From positions 1 to 19,881 of the forward strand of contig JAFGOA010000013.1 of NCBI GenBank assembly GCA_016926735.1: a stretch of DNA of 19,881 nt. The letters run 5' to 3'. Source of the stretch: Promethearchaeota archaeon (GTDB taxonomy: Archaea; Asgardarchaeota; Lokiarchaeia; Sigyniarchaeales; SOKP01). This document shows positions 7,779 through 16,522 of this stretch, one piece after another. Every line of letters begins with the position of its first letter. Position 1 is the first letter of the stretch. The translations under genes were made by a program, and so were the position numbers. The notes under the pieces were generated by a model. The model made no database searches and had not been told where the DNA came from. It saw only the letters and a list, made by a program, of their open reading frames with translations.

Positions 7779-10502
7779 TTGTACATGAACTATCATAATT
7801 CGTTTTCAACACAATGGAAGTTAAACAAGCGAGGAAAAAAAAGATTTTTATCTTATTTGATAATATCTATGATTCTTTTTAATTTTGCTGTCGTGAATCT
7901 CTTTTTTTTTAATTCACCTAATAATAGTGTTACCTTTGAAAATGATATTGTTGGTAATAAAGATAATTCTACAATAAAAACACAAGGAGATATTGCTCTC
8001 TTACAAGATCCATTTACCACTAATTTTAAAGATCTCTGGGAATTTTTCAATGGTAACTATTACATAAATAGATGGTCTGATCTGGGCACCTATTTTAGAG
8101 AAGGTGATATAGATGGAGATATTACAAGTGATTTAATTTATTCTCTTGATAATATGCTTTTATATGATACATTACGAGGTAATGAAGTCGATGGTACAGA
8201 AATATTAGAATTTTATAATCAGATGAAAGCAACACCTTTATGGTATAGTGGAGATACTGATCCATATGATATTGGATTTATTGAATCTGTAGATAGTTCA
8301 ACAGGAGTAAAAAATTATAAAAGAAATCTTATAGATAATTTAATTCCTATCTCTCTTTTATTAGACTACCTACCAAGTCAATCAAATCCAACTTATAGTG
8401 ATTTTAATTCCCCTATCTCAGAAATGTTCTTATTAGCAATTTCTCCCCAATTCTGGAATGATACATATCAAATATTTATGGATAGCAATTCTTCAAGCAA
8501 TTATTTTTATACTGAAAGTAATTTATATGGAATTCTTACATGTTTGGAAATAATTCAAAATAGTTATGTATCATCATCTTTATTTGATTTAGCTCATGAT
8601 TATGCAGGAAATGTAATGGACACGCTTATGAATAATTTATGGGATGATGCAAATTATGGATTTTATAATCGTACAGCTTATCAGAGTTTAAATCCTGAAG
8701 ATGAAAACAAGGATTTAAAAGTAAATGCTCTAGGAATAATAGCTCTCGTTGATTTTTATACTTTTAAAGAAACAACACCTGAAGAAACTCATTTAAATAA
8801 TGCAATAAAAATCTTTGAGAAGACTGATGAATCATTGTATCAAGGTGCTTATGGATTATATTACAGTGGTAGCTCTGATTGGACACCAATAAATAATATT
8901 TTTGACTTAGAAGCAAATGCTTATATGATAAAAGCATGTTTAAAATTATTTGAAGCCACTGGAAACATAACCTATTATGAAAGAGCACAAGATATATTTG
9001 AAGCATTCGAAGATGATTTTTATGACGATATTAATTCAGGATATTATAAAGAAATCGTTAGTGGGACTCCAAACACTGAAAAAAATTTCCTTTCAAATCT
9101 AAGAGTAACTGAAGCGTATCTTTACGCTGTAGATATTTATAAAATGACAGAAATTTTCGCTGATTTTAATTTTACAAAAGATTTAACCAATCCAAAATAT
9201 CTTTTTAATCAAGACACTATAAAAATCAACATTACTTATCGATACAATTCTGAAAGATTTGCATTATATAATATCTCTTCAGCAGATATCACTTATGTTT
9301 TGAGATATGCAAATGGTACTGAGTTTTATATACAACATAATACTACTACTATCTATGGAAACCATACGTTTTATTATAAAATCCCCACTACAATGCCTAT
9401 AGAATCGGGATATACAGTTCTTATATTTGCAAATACAACCTATTTTGGAATGGCTAAAATTACAAAATCTTTTACTATATCATCTGGAATTGAATATTAT
9501 GATGGTATTGATTATGTTAATTCTTTATATCAAGGACAGCGAGTTAATATTTCTTTAAGGCTTAATAACACTAGAAAAGACAATATAAATCTGAATTTTA
9601 CAATAGAATCTAATTCTATACAATGTGGTATCAAAGAAGTTATGATTGAAAATAGAATAAATAATTCAACAACTATTTGGATTAATTTTACTATTGATGA
9701 TATCGCTGAGATAGAAATGACCAAATTTCATTTTATTCTTAGAAATGGCACCACTAAATTTTTTGATTATGAAAAAGATATTAGTATAGAAAATGGACTT
9801 CATTACTTTAATCTATTATATGATTCTATTGTAGTACGAGGCGATTCATTCTTTGTTTCAGTTTGTCTTACTAACTTTCTTGCAAATACAACTCAATCAT
9901 TTAATTTAACTTTTTCAGGTGATTATATCATAAAATATTCTGAAGAATTAACATTAGATAAAGGAGAAACAAAAACTTTTTCCTATGAATTATTATTATC
10001 TGAGAATATATATGTTGATAAAGTTCAATTGGAAATGAATATTTCAAAGTCCAACATAGTACTTCACAATAAAATTGTGGAAATTACTGTATATCAAGAA
10101 TTTCTAATATTAAGTGCCAGTTTTCCTTCCTCTGTTCCACAAGGTTCCTCAGCTACATTTCTTCTAACAATCCATAATAATAAAAATATACCTATCGGTT
10201 ATACTCTTAAAATAAATGGTCAAGCTGTAAAAACTAATTCAATTGAACTCTTACCTGGGGAAAACAGAATTGAAGCAACAATAACCCCAACTATTAATCC
10301 CTATGATTTTAGTACAAAAAGCTACTATATTACTTTAGAAGATAATTCTGGAAATCTAATTGTTAGCTATTATGGTGAAGTCAAGATTGAATTATCAATT
10401 ATGAATTTAGTACTTTTCTATATATTACCTATTTTAATACCTATAGGAATTGTACTATTTTTCAAAAATAAAGAAATTAAAACAAAACTATTGAGGAGAT
10501 AA
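7779..10502 (+). CDS. Membrane-anchored surface protein: N-terminal signal/TM, (alpha/alpha)6-barrel region (GH76/AGE/YyaL-like), several Ig-like beta domains, C-terminal TM
   Basis: Basic N-terminus plus hydrophobic helix (FLSYLIISMILFNFAVVNLFFF). Six-hairpin repeats such as LEANAYMIKACLKLFEATGNITYYERAQDIFEAFEDDFYDDINSGYY and LWDDANYGFY. Beta-rich C-half, many N-x-S/T sequons, C-terminal TM LVLFYILPILIPIGIVLFF with basic tail. Start TTG 7779 or ATG 7785. Confidence 0.75.
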   Translation: MYMNYHNSFSTQWKLNKRGKKRFLSYLIISMILFNFAVVNLFFFNSPNNSVTFENDIVGNKDNSTIKTQGDIALLQDPFTTNFKDLWEFFNGNYYINRWSDLGTYFREGDIDGDITSDLIYSLDNMLLYDTLRGNEVDGTEILEFYNQMKATPLWYSGDTDPYDIGFIESVDSSTGVKNYKRNLIDNLIPISLLLDYLPSQSNPTYSDFNSPISEMFLLAISPQFWNDTYQIFMDSNSSSNYFYTESNLYGILTCLEIIQNSYVSSSLFDLAHDYAGNVMDTLMNNLWDDANYGFYNRTAYQSLNPEDENKDLKVNALGIIALVDFYTFKETTPEETHLNNAIKIFEKTDESLYQGAYGLYYSGSSDWTPINNIFDLEANAYMIKACLKLFEATGNITYYERAQDIFEAFEDDFYDDINSGYYKEIVSGTPNTEKNFLSNLRVTEAYLYAVDIYKMTEIFADFNFTKDLTNPKYLFNQDTIKINITYRYNSERFALYNISSADITYVLRYANGTEFYIQHNTTTIYGNHTFYYKIPTTMPIESGYTVLIFANTTYFGMAKITKSFTISSGIEYYDGIDYVNSLYQGQRVNISLRLNNTRKDNINLNFTIESNSIQCGIKEVMIENRINNSTTIWINFTIDDIAEIEMTKFHFILRNGTTKFFDYEKDISIENGLHYFNLLYDSIVVRGDSFFVSVCLTNFLANTTQSFNLTFSGDYIIKYSEELTLDKGETKTFSYELLLSENIYVDKVQLEMNISKSNIVLHNKIVEITVYQEFLILSASFPSSVPQGSSATFLLTIHNNKNIPIGYTLKINGQAVKTNSIELLPGENRIEATITPTINPYDFSTKSYYITLEDNSGNLIVSYYGEVKIELSIMNLVLFYILPILIPIGIVLFFKNKEIKTKLLRR

Positions 10503-10506
10503 CTTA

Positions 10507-12189
10507 ATGAAAATTAAAAAACAACATTTTATTAGTATAATTGTCATCTTTTCGGTTATTTCGATTCTTTTTATTACCAATTTTTCTTCGTCACATCTTT
10601 CTGAAGAAGGAAATAACTATTCTTTTCCAAAAACATCAGAAATCCACCCATCTTATATTTATACTAATGATACTGATAATACTTTAGTAAGTATATTTGA
10701 AGCGATAAATTATACCGTAGATGCTCAAGATTTTCCCACCTTTGATTCAATGGAAATGAGAATATCATTTATTGATGGAACATCTGAATTATATCCAATG
10801 GCCCGAATTGGTTCAACATCTAATTTTACGGTTGCTTATGCACCAGATTATAATACACCATCTGGAAGACATAATATTACCTTCTATATCTATAATGATG
10901 TTCTAACTTTACTTAATAATCAAGTAGTTGATACATACCTTACAATTGAATCTCAATACTATTCAGTTACATTCAATAAAGATGAATATCATATTGGCGA
11001 CATTCTCTATGGCACAATTTTGGTATCAAATGTAAGTAGTTACACTTTTGAGACCTATCAGATGAAAATAGTCAATAGTACTGAGACACCTCAAGATTTA
11101 ATTTATTCATCACCACAAAATAATATTAAATATTTCAACATAACAATAAACAGAGAAGACTTTGTTGATCTAAACAAGGAATATTATGTCAAACTAACCT
11201 TGATTGATGGTAGTAAAACAGGAGATATCTATATTCCATTCATGATTTCAAACTATGACCCTGAAATATTGGTTAGCACACTTGAACTTAGTGCGGGAGA
11301 ATCAAGTCTAAATCCAATTTACAGATCTGATACGGATAATTGTTATATCTCTGTAAATGTAACCGATATAGAATCAAGTTGGATATATCTAAATGTATCT
11401 GTAGTTGTGTATAAACCTGATGGGCTTATACTTGAAGAAATTTCTTTGGTGGGAGATGAGAATAATTTTACAGCTGAATTTCATATTGGTATTGGTAATC
11501 CTATTGGAAGATATAGATTTCAAATAAATGCTGAAGATCCAGATGGTGGTCTTGGTGAATATTACAAAGAAGGAATAAGAGTGGAAAATAATATTCCTGA
11601 AATACATAGTTATGAGCTAAATGGACATCCGATGACTGATAGCATTTCAGTTTTCTATGGAGATGATATTATATTTGATACCTTTAATATAACTGATGTT
11701 GAAGGAAATATCGAATATATCACAGTTTCATTGATAAATGAAAATGATGAATGGTATAATAAAACTACACATTATACCCCCTCATTAACCATAAGAATAA
11801 GAAGTGTAGATCTGATTTCAGGAGTGTGGACTGTATATATTACTGTTATAGATGCTGATGGGGATTCAACAGGAATTACATATGATTATGGTGATGCACC
11901 TACACAAATAACAATAGTACCCGATACACTCTCAAAAATAATCCCCTACTTAACATTAATAGTTGGTGGGATTATAGGGTTATTATTAGGTATTGGAGTT
12001 GGATATAGAATGTTAAAATTTAGAGCTGAATCTAAGATAACAGAATCAAAAAAGAAACAAATACCTATAAAGAAAAAGATTACAGAAAGTAAATCTAAAA
12101 AGACACAAATAAAAGAAGAAAAATCAGAAATTGAAGAAGAAAAAGAAACATCTCAACCAGTAAAAAAGAAAATCAAACGGAGACTATAG
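10507..12189 (+). CDS. Single-pass surface protein with Ig/cadherin-like repeats and a charged cytoplasmic tail
   Basis: Signal peptide (MKIKKQHFISIIVIFSVISILF). Repeated N-x-x-P-E-I ... N-[VI]-T-D-[IV]-E ... D-x-D-G units. C-terminal Gly-rich TM and ~60-aa K/E tail. Starts 4 nt after the upstream stop, suggesting an operon. Confidence 0.75.
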   Translation: MKIKKQHFISIIVIFSVISILFITNFSSSHLSEEGNNYSFPKTSEIHPSYIYTNDTDNTLVSIFEAINYTVDAQDFPTFDSMEMRISFIDGTSELYPMARIGSTSNFTVAYAPDYNTPSGRHNITFYIYNDVLTLLNNQVVDTYLTIESQYYSVTFNKDEYHIGDILYGTILVSNVSSYTFETYQMKIVNSTETPQDLIYSSPQNNIKYFNITINREDFVDLNKEYYVKLTLIDGSKTGDIYIPFMISNYDPEILVSTLELSAGESSLNPIYRSDTDNCYISVNVTDIESSWIYLNVSVVVYKPDGLILEEISLVGDENNFTAEFHIGIGNPIGRYRFQINAEDPDGGLGEYYKEGIRVENNIPEIHSYELNGHPMTDSISVFYGDDIIFDTFNITDVEGNIEYITVSLINENDEWYNKTTHYTPSLTIRIRSVDLISGVWTVYITVIDADGDSTGITYDYGDAPTQITIVPDTLSKIIPYLTLIVGGIIGLLLGIGVGYRMLKFRAESKITESKKKQIPIKKKITESKSKKTQIKEEKSEIEEEKETSQPVKKKIKRRL

Positions 12190-12240
12190 TAGAAATACAA
12201 TACATATTTGTATTTTCTATTTATTTTATTTATTTTTCCT
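12190..12240 (+). terminator. Putative terminator after the surface-protein pair
   Basis: TAG-AAATACAA(12193-12200)/TTGTATTT(12208-12215)-T-CTA stem directly after the stop, followed by TTTATTTTATTTATTTTT. Confidence 0.5.
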
Positions 12241-12376
12241 ATATACTATTTTAATCTTTATTATATTTATCTAAAGTGTGATTTATCAATAAGCTGGCTA
12301 AAGTGCATTTGTTTGAAATATAATTATTAAAATAATAAAAAATAATTAAATAACCACATGCTTTTCACTTCGAGAT

Positions 12377-13288
12377 TTAATCAAGAATTTCATGTAAATA
12401 ATAGTTGTATTTACCTAGTTTTCCCTCATAATTTCCCGCAGAAATCCTTGCAACCCCTGATGATTTTACTGCTGCATTTATCCCTTCTTTCATAGCCCTT
12501 TTTACAATATCTTCTGTTGCACCATTTAAAATTAATTCATAAATACAATTTTCTCCCTCATTTAACAAAGAATCTTCAATTTTATCTTTTAAACTTGGAC
12601 ATAAACGATCGTTTGTAGAAGCATTTAAAAAATTATATCTAGAACCTATTTTTGAACCTGCTCGAACTATTCCTCCTGGGAAGGGTGTGATTAAATTTGG
12701 TATATCTCTCATTGCTTTTATAGCATTTTCTGCAGCATTTAATGTAGAAATTTGATCCTTTCCAATTATAAAAAAATTTCCTCCGGCAATACCCTTTCCA
12801 ACTTTTAAAGAATTCTGAACAATAAACTCTCCTTCCATCACAGGTATTTTCCAGGCCTCAAAAGGAAATTGGTTTTCAATTTTTTCTTCAAATTTATCAC
12901 CAAAAAACTTCAATTTGTATCCTGTTTTAATTTCAAAGTCACTATCAGGAGATATAGATATGTTTAATCCGTCAAAACATGCCGTAGTTGGACAAGTTAA
13001 TACACATTGCCCAATTCTATTCAACATTATCGAATCTATTTTTTTTTTGTTTGTAGTAAAGAACATTAATGCTACTCCAAGACGATTGTCGGGGGTTTCT
13101 TCTGGAGATATATATGTATCTATACCCGTTTCAGAATCACAATGTATTGTTGATGTACCGAAACCAGTTGTCTCATTTGCACATATATCGAGCCAATATT
13201 TATTATATGCAGTTATAATAATTCGCGAAAAATAAGCATTGAAAGCCTCACAAAATGTATCCTCAATAATAACGTTATTAATCTTCAT
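12377..13288 (-). CDS. ftr: Formylmethanofuran--tetrahydromethanopterin N-formyltransferase
   Basis: IEDTFCEAF, TGFGTS, RIGQCVLTCPTTACFDG, LKFFGD, IPVMEGEF, GIAGGNF, PFPGGIVRAGSK, ASTN, ISAGNYEGKLG. Confidence 0.96.
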   Translation of the reverse strand: MKINNVIIEDTFCEAFNAYFSRIIITAYNKYWLDICANETTGFGTSTIHCDSETGIDTYISPEETPDNRLGVALMFFTTNKKKIDSIMLNRIGQCVLTCPTTACFDGLNISISPDSDFEIKTGYKLKFFGDKFEEKIENQFPFEAWKIPVMEGEFIVQNSLKVGKGIAGGNFFIIGKDQISTLNAAENAIKAMRDIPNLITPFPGGIVRAGSKIGSRYNFLNASTNDRLCPSLKDKIEDSLLNEGENCIYELILNGATEDIVKRAMKEGINAAVKSSGVARISAGNYEGKLGKYNYYLHEILD

Positions 13289-13390
13289 ATCTTTATAATT
13301 ATCTAAAAAGTTTAATAATTTATATTAAAAAGAAAAAGAATTGAATTTTAAAAAATATTTTTCTTGATTTTTCTAATTATGTTATTGATG

Positions 13391-14350
13391 TTATTTTGAA
13401 AATTCTTCTTTAAAGAATGACTCTAAATTTTTAAATTTCTCTCCATTTAAGGTTTGAATTACACTTAGGAATACGTCTTGTTTTTTATTTCTAGTAACGG
13501 CCATTAAAACCGCTTTATTCTGGACTTCTTTTATTAGGATATATGAATTTTCGCTCTCATAGATTATTGCAGAAAGATCTAAAGGTGAAACGTTTGGCAT
13601 ATTCATAATTTCCATAATTTTTTTATAAATTTGATACATATTTGAGTCTAATGTTCCAATTTCAAATTTCATGAATTCTAGAGGCTTAGATTCAAATTTA
13701 CCCAAAGTTGATGCAATTATTAGCCCATCTGGTATATTGAAAAGGAGATATTCTGATAATGTATTTAGCTTAAATTGATCTAAAAGATGTCGTATTCTCC
13801 CTAATCGTTGAAGGCTTAGTGTTGATTTTTGAATTTCATAGTCTAAAATTTCTATCAACCGATGTTGAGCACTTCCCTCTTTAACAGAGACGGGAGTAAA
13901 CATAATTTTTTCTCTTATTTCTTGATTGATATCTTTAGATAATAATTCAAATAATGCATCTTCATCTGAATCCTCTAAATCTATTTTATTAAGTAAAACA
14001 TAAACTTTATCTAAATTAGGACTAAATTCAAATATATTTTCAAGGAACTTATCAAAAATTTCTCGTATTTTTTGTTCTATAACTGATGAATCTGCCATAA
14101 AAATCGCAGCAGTTACTTCAGAAAAAACAAATTCTCTTTGATTTTCAGAGAAATATCGTTTTAAATAGATCTCTTGTCCTCCTGCATCCCAAACGTTTAA
14201 TTCGATGATTCCCCGAAAAATAAAATTTTCTCTTGAGATTCCTTTTGTTGGTTTTAGGTTTATAACTTTCATAAAGTTATATCCTGAACATGTGGTCTTC
14301 ATTAAGCTAGTTTTTCCTGCATTTTGGGGTCCAAATAATAAGACTTTCAA
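13391..14350 (-). CDS. Rag/Gtr1-like small GTPase with C-terminal roadblock/longin-type domain
   Basis: G1 GPQNAGKTS, G2 LKPT, Rag-style G3 LNVWDAGGQ, G4 NKID, G5-like PVSVK. A ~140-aa C-terminal alpha/beta extension contains LLFNIPDGLIIAST. The TTG start is supported by an upstream GGTGA. Confidence 0.85.
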   Translation of the reverse strand: MKVLLFGPQNAGKTSLMKTTCSGYNFMKVINLKPTKGISRENFIFRGIIELNVWDAGGQEIYLKRYFSENQREFVFSEVTAAIFMADSSVIEQKIREIFDKFLENIFEFSPNLDKVYVLLNKIDLEDSDEDALFELLSKDINQEIREKIMFTPVSVKEGSAQHRLIEILDYEIQKSTLSLQRLGRIRHLLDQFKLNTLSEYLLFNIPDGLIIASTLGKFESKPLEFMKFEIGTLDSNMYQIYKKIMEIMNMPNVSPLDLSAIIYESENSYILIKEVQNKAVLMAVTRNKKQDVFLSVIQTLNGEKFKNLESFFKEEFSK

Positions 14351-14358
14351 ATATTATT

Positions 14359-14363
14359 TCACC
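14359..14363 (-). promoter_or_regulatory. Shine-Dalgarno-like GGTGA upstream of the GTPase TTG start
   Basis: The minus strand reads ...TCGGTGAAATAATAT-TTG; GGTGA matches the archaeal SD core. Confidence 0.55.
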
Positions 14364-14638
14364 GATTTATTTACTATAGGTTATAAAGAATTCCAATTTT
14401 TTTATAAAATTAATAAGTTACTCCTTATTTAACATTTTGTAATTGTTATTATAACCATAACAAAATAAAAAATAGTATAAAAACTTATTTAACTATTGAT
14501 TAGGGACTAAAATTTTATTAAAAAAAAAAGATATAATTATTCTTGAATTGGTCTATTATATCTAAAAATGGATAATAGTTAAATAATTCAAAGTATTAAT
14601 CAACAACATAAAAATAAAATTAATTATAATGAAAAAAG

Positions 14639-15169
14639 ATGACAAATTTATTAAATTATATACGAACTATTGATGGTTTTCCAAAAGAAGGTATATCATT
14701 TAAAGATATAACGACTTTAGCAAAAGAGCATGCTCCTTTTAAAGAATCATGTGATAAAATTATTCAATATTTTAAAGATAAAAAAATTACTAAGGTAGCT
14801 GCAATCGAAGCAAGGGGATATGTTTGGGGAGGAGCAATTGCATATCAATTAGGGGCGGGATTTGTATTAATAAGAAAACCTGGAAAACTACCTGCCGAAA
14901 CACTTAAGGAAAGTTATGAATTAGAATATGGTACAGACACAATTGAAATGCATAAGGATGCAATTGAGAAAGGGGATAATGTATTATTATTTGATGATCT
15001 TTTAGCAACAGGAGGTACAGCTAAAGCGGCGGTGAATCTCATTGAAAAAGCGGGAGGCGATATTAAAGGAATTGCTTTTGTCATAGAGCTTACTGGTTCA
15101 CTCCATGGGAGAGATAAATTAGATGGTTATGATGTGTTCTCTCTTTTAGATATTCCTGTAGAAGAATAA
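14639..15169 (+). CDS. apt: Adenine phosphoribosyltransferase
   Basis: FPKEGISFKDITT, IEARGY, IRKPGKLP, YELEYGTD and the PRPP motif VLLFDDLLATGGT. Confidence 0.96.
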   Translation: MTNLLNYIRTIDGFPKEGISFKDITTLAKEHAPFKESCDKIIQYFKDKKITKVAAIEARGYVWGGAIAYQLGAGFVLIRKPGKLPAETLKESYELEYGTDTIEMHKDAIEKGDNVLLFDDLLATGGTAKAAVNLIEKAGGDIKGIAFVIELTGSLHGRDKLDGYDVFSLLDIPVEE

Positions 15170-15186
15170 TCATATTAATTGATAAG

Positions 15187-15212
15187 AAATTAAAAAAATT
15201 TTTTTTTTAAAT
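15187..15212. terminator. Possible bidirectional A7/T10 terminator between convergent apt and mtnP
   Basis: TTAAAAAAATTTTTTTTTTAA gives an oligo-U tract on each strand within the 43-nt gap. Confidence 0.4.
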
Positions 15213-16082
15213 TTAAAGAATTGCTCCTTCTAAAGAATGGTGACAATTGCAATCTCTTTCTACATCTATTTTTGGTAGTGTTAATTCTAATAATTTTTTG
15301 AGGTTTTCTGAATTCTTAGCCATTGTCTCAAGAATTTCTTGTATATCCACTGTCAATTTATTTATAGATCCGCCACATCCCTTACAACTATCAATATATT
15401 CTACTATACCACAATTAGGACACTCTCCTGCCCAAACATCTAAATCTGTAACTGTAGCAATACAACAATAACATATTTGCTTTTCAGCGGCAAGTACAAC
15501 TTCGGGGTAGGTTGTCATTCCAATAATATCTCCGCACCATTGACGAAAGACTATAGATTCAGCTCGAGAAGAAAATCTTGGTCCTTCTATACAAACATAA
15601 GTACCTCTATTTTCAATATTAAGGTCTAAATCTTTTCCAGAAGAATAAAACAAGTCATTTAAATACGAACAATATGGATCTGCTTGACTAATATGGCATA
15701 CTTGTCCTCCTTCATAAAAAGTATCAAGTCTTTTTTTTGTTCTATCAATATATTGATCAACTAGTATAAATTTACCTTTATCATGTTCTTTTTTTAAAGA
15801 ACCAACAGCCGAAGGAGATATTATATATTTAACTCCTAATTCAGATAATGCCCATATATTTGCTCTATAATTTAAATTATGAGGAGGAATTATATGTCCT
15901 GTACCATGACGAGGTAAAAAAGCAATTCTCTTGCCTTTAAAATTACCTAATTTAATTGCATCAGAAGGATGACCATAAGGAGTATATACTTTAATTTCCT
16001 CTACATCATTTAGCTCTAAATCAGAACCAGTCCCTCCAATGATTCCAATTGTAGCTTTATCTTCATTATTTTTAACTTTCAT
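15213..16082 (-). CDS. mtnP: 5'-methylthioadenosine/purine nucleoside phosphorylase (MTAP family) with a Cys4 insertion
   Basis: IGIIGGTG, TPYGHPS, FLPRHG, NYRANIWAL, AVGSL, DQYIDRT, YVCIEGPRFSSRAES, IGMTTYPE, VTDLDVW and C-terminal CxC (CNC). Confidence 0.93.
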   Translation of the reverse strand: MKVKNNEDKATIGIIGGTGSDLELNDVEEIKVYTPYGHPSDAIKLGNFKGKRIAFLPRHGTGHIIPPHNLNYRANIWALSELGVKYIISPSAVGSLKKEHDKGKFILVDQYIDRTKKRLDTFYEGGQVCHISQADPYCSYLNDLFYSSGKDLDLNIENRGTYVCIEGPRFSSRAESIVFRQWCGDIIGMTTYPEVVLAAEKQICYCCIATVTDLDVWAGECPNCGIVEYIDSCKGCGGSINKLTVDIQEILETMAKNSENLKKLLELTLPKIDVERDCNCHHSLEGAIL

Positions 16083-16522
16083 AATAATCTATCTTTTAAT
16101 ATCCTTTAATCTTCTATATTCATCAAACTAAATTTCTAATGGATAAGATTGATTTGTAGAAGATGGTTAAATAAATAATCCCTCTCTTTTAATGTTATTT
16201 AAGTTAAATTATGAAATGAATACATTATTCATACTTTTTTTTAAAAAACTGTAAAAAAAAGTAATTTTTTATTAATATTTAGTAGGTTAAAAGACTAAAT
16301 ATCTCTCATATATATGAATGATAGATAATTGTAATCAATATTAAGACATACTTTATTAGTTGATTTTATTCTTTTTTAATTTTAAATTCTTTATATTTTA
16401 GTAACAAATAATAAAAAATGCTTTCTTGATTTTAATGAATGAAATATTTTCAAAAATCTTATTTTTCATGCTATATTTTTTACATTGTATAATCTAATTA
16501 TTGAAATATAATGAAAATTTAA

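Noticed and set aside
12271-12305. Direct repeat CTAAAGTG x2 between convergent genes
   Set aside because: Only two 8-mers in a 3'-3' gap; not a CRISPR array and compatible with chance.
12377-13288. Methanogenesis inferred from ftr/mch
   Set aside because: These genes also serve non-methanogenic H4MPT pathways and no mcr/mtr genes are in the window.
16083-16522. 440-nt intergenic gap as a possible ncRNA or small-gene site
   Set aside because: Uniformly AT-rich with no stable stem, repeat or credible ORF seen; consistent with a divergent promoter region. Individual TATA boxes cannot be picked reliably.
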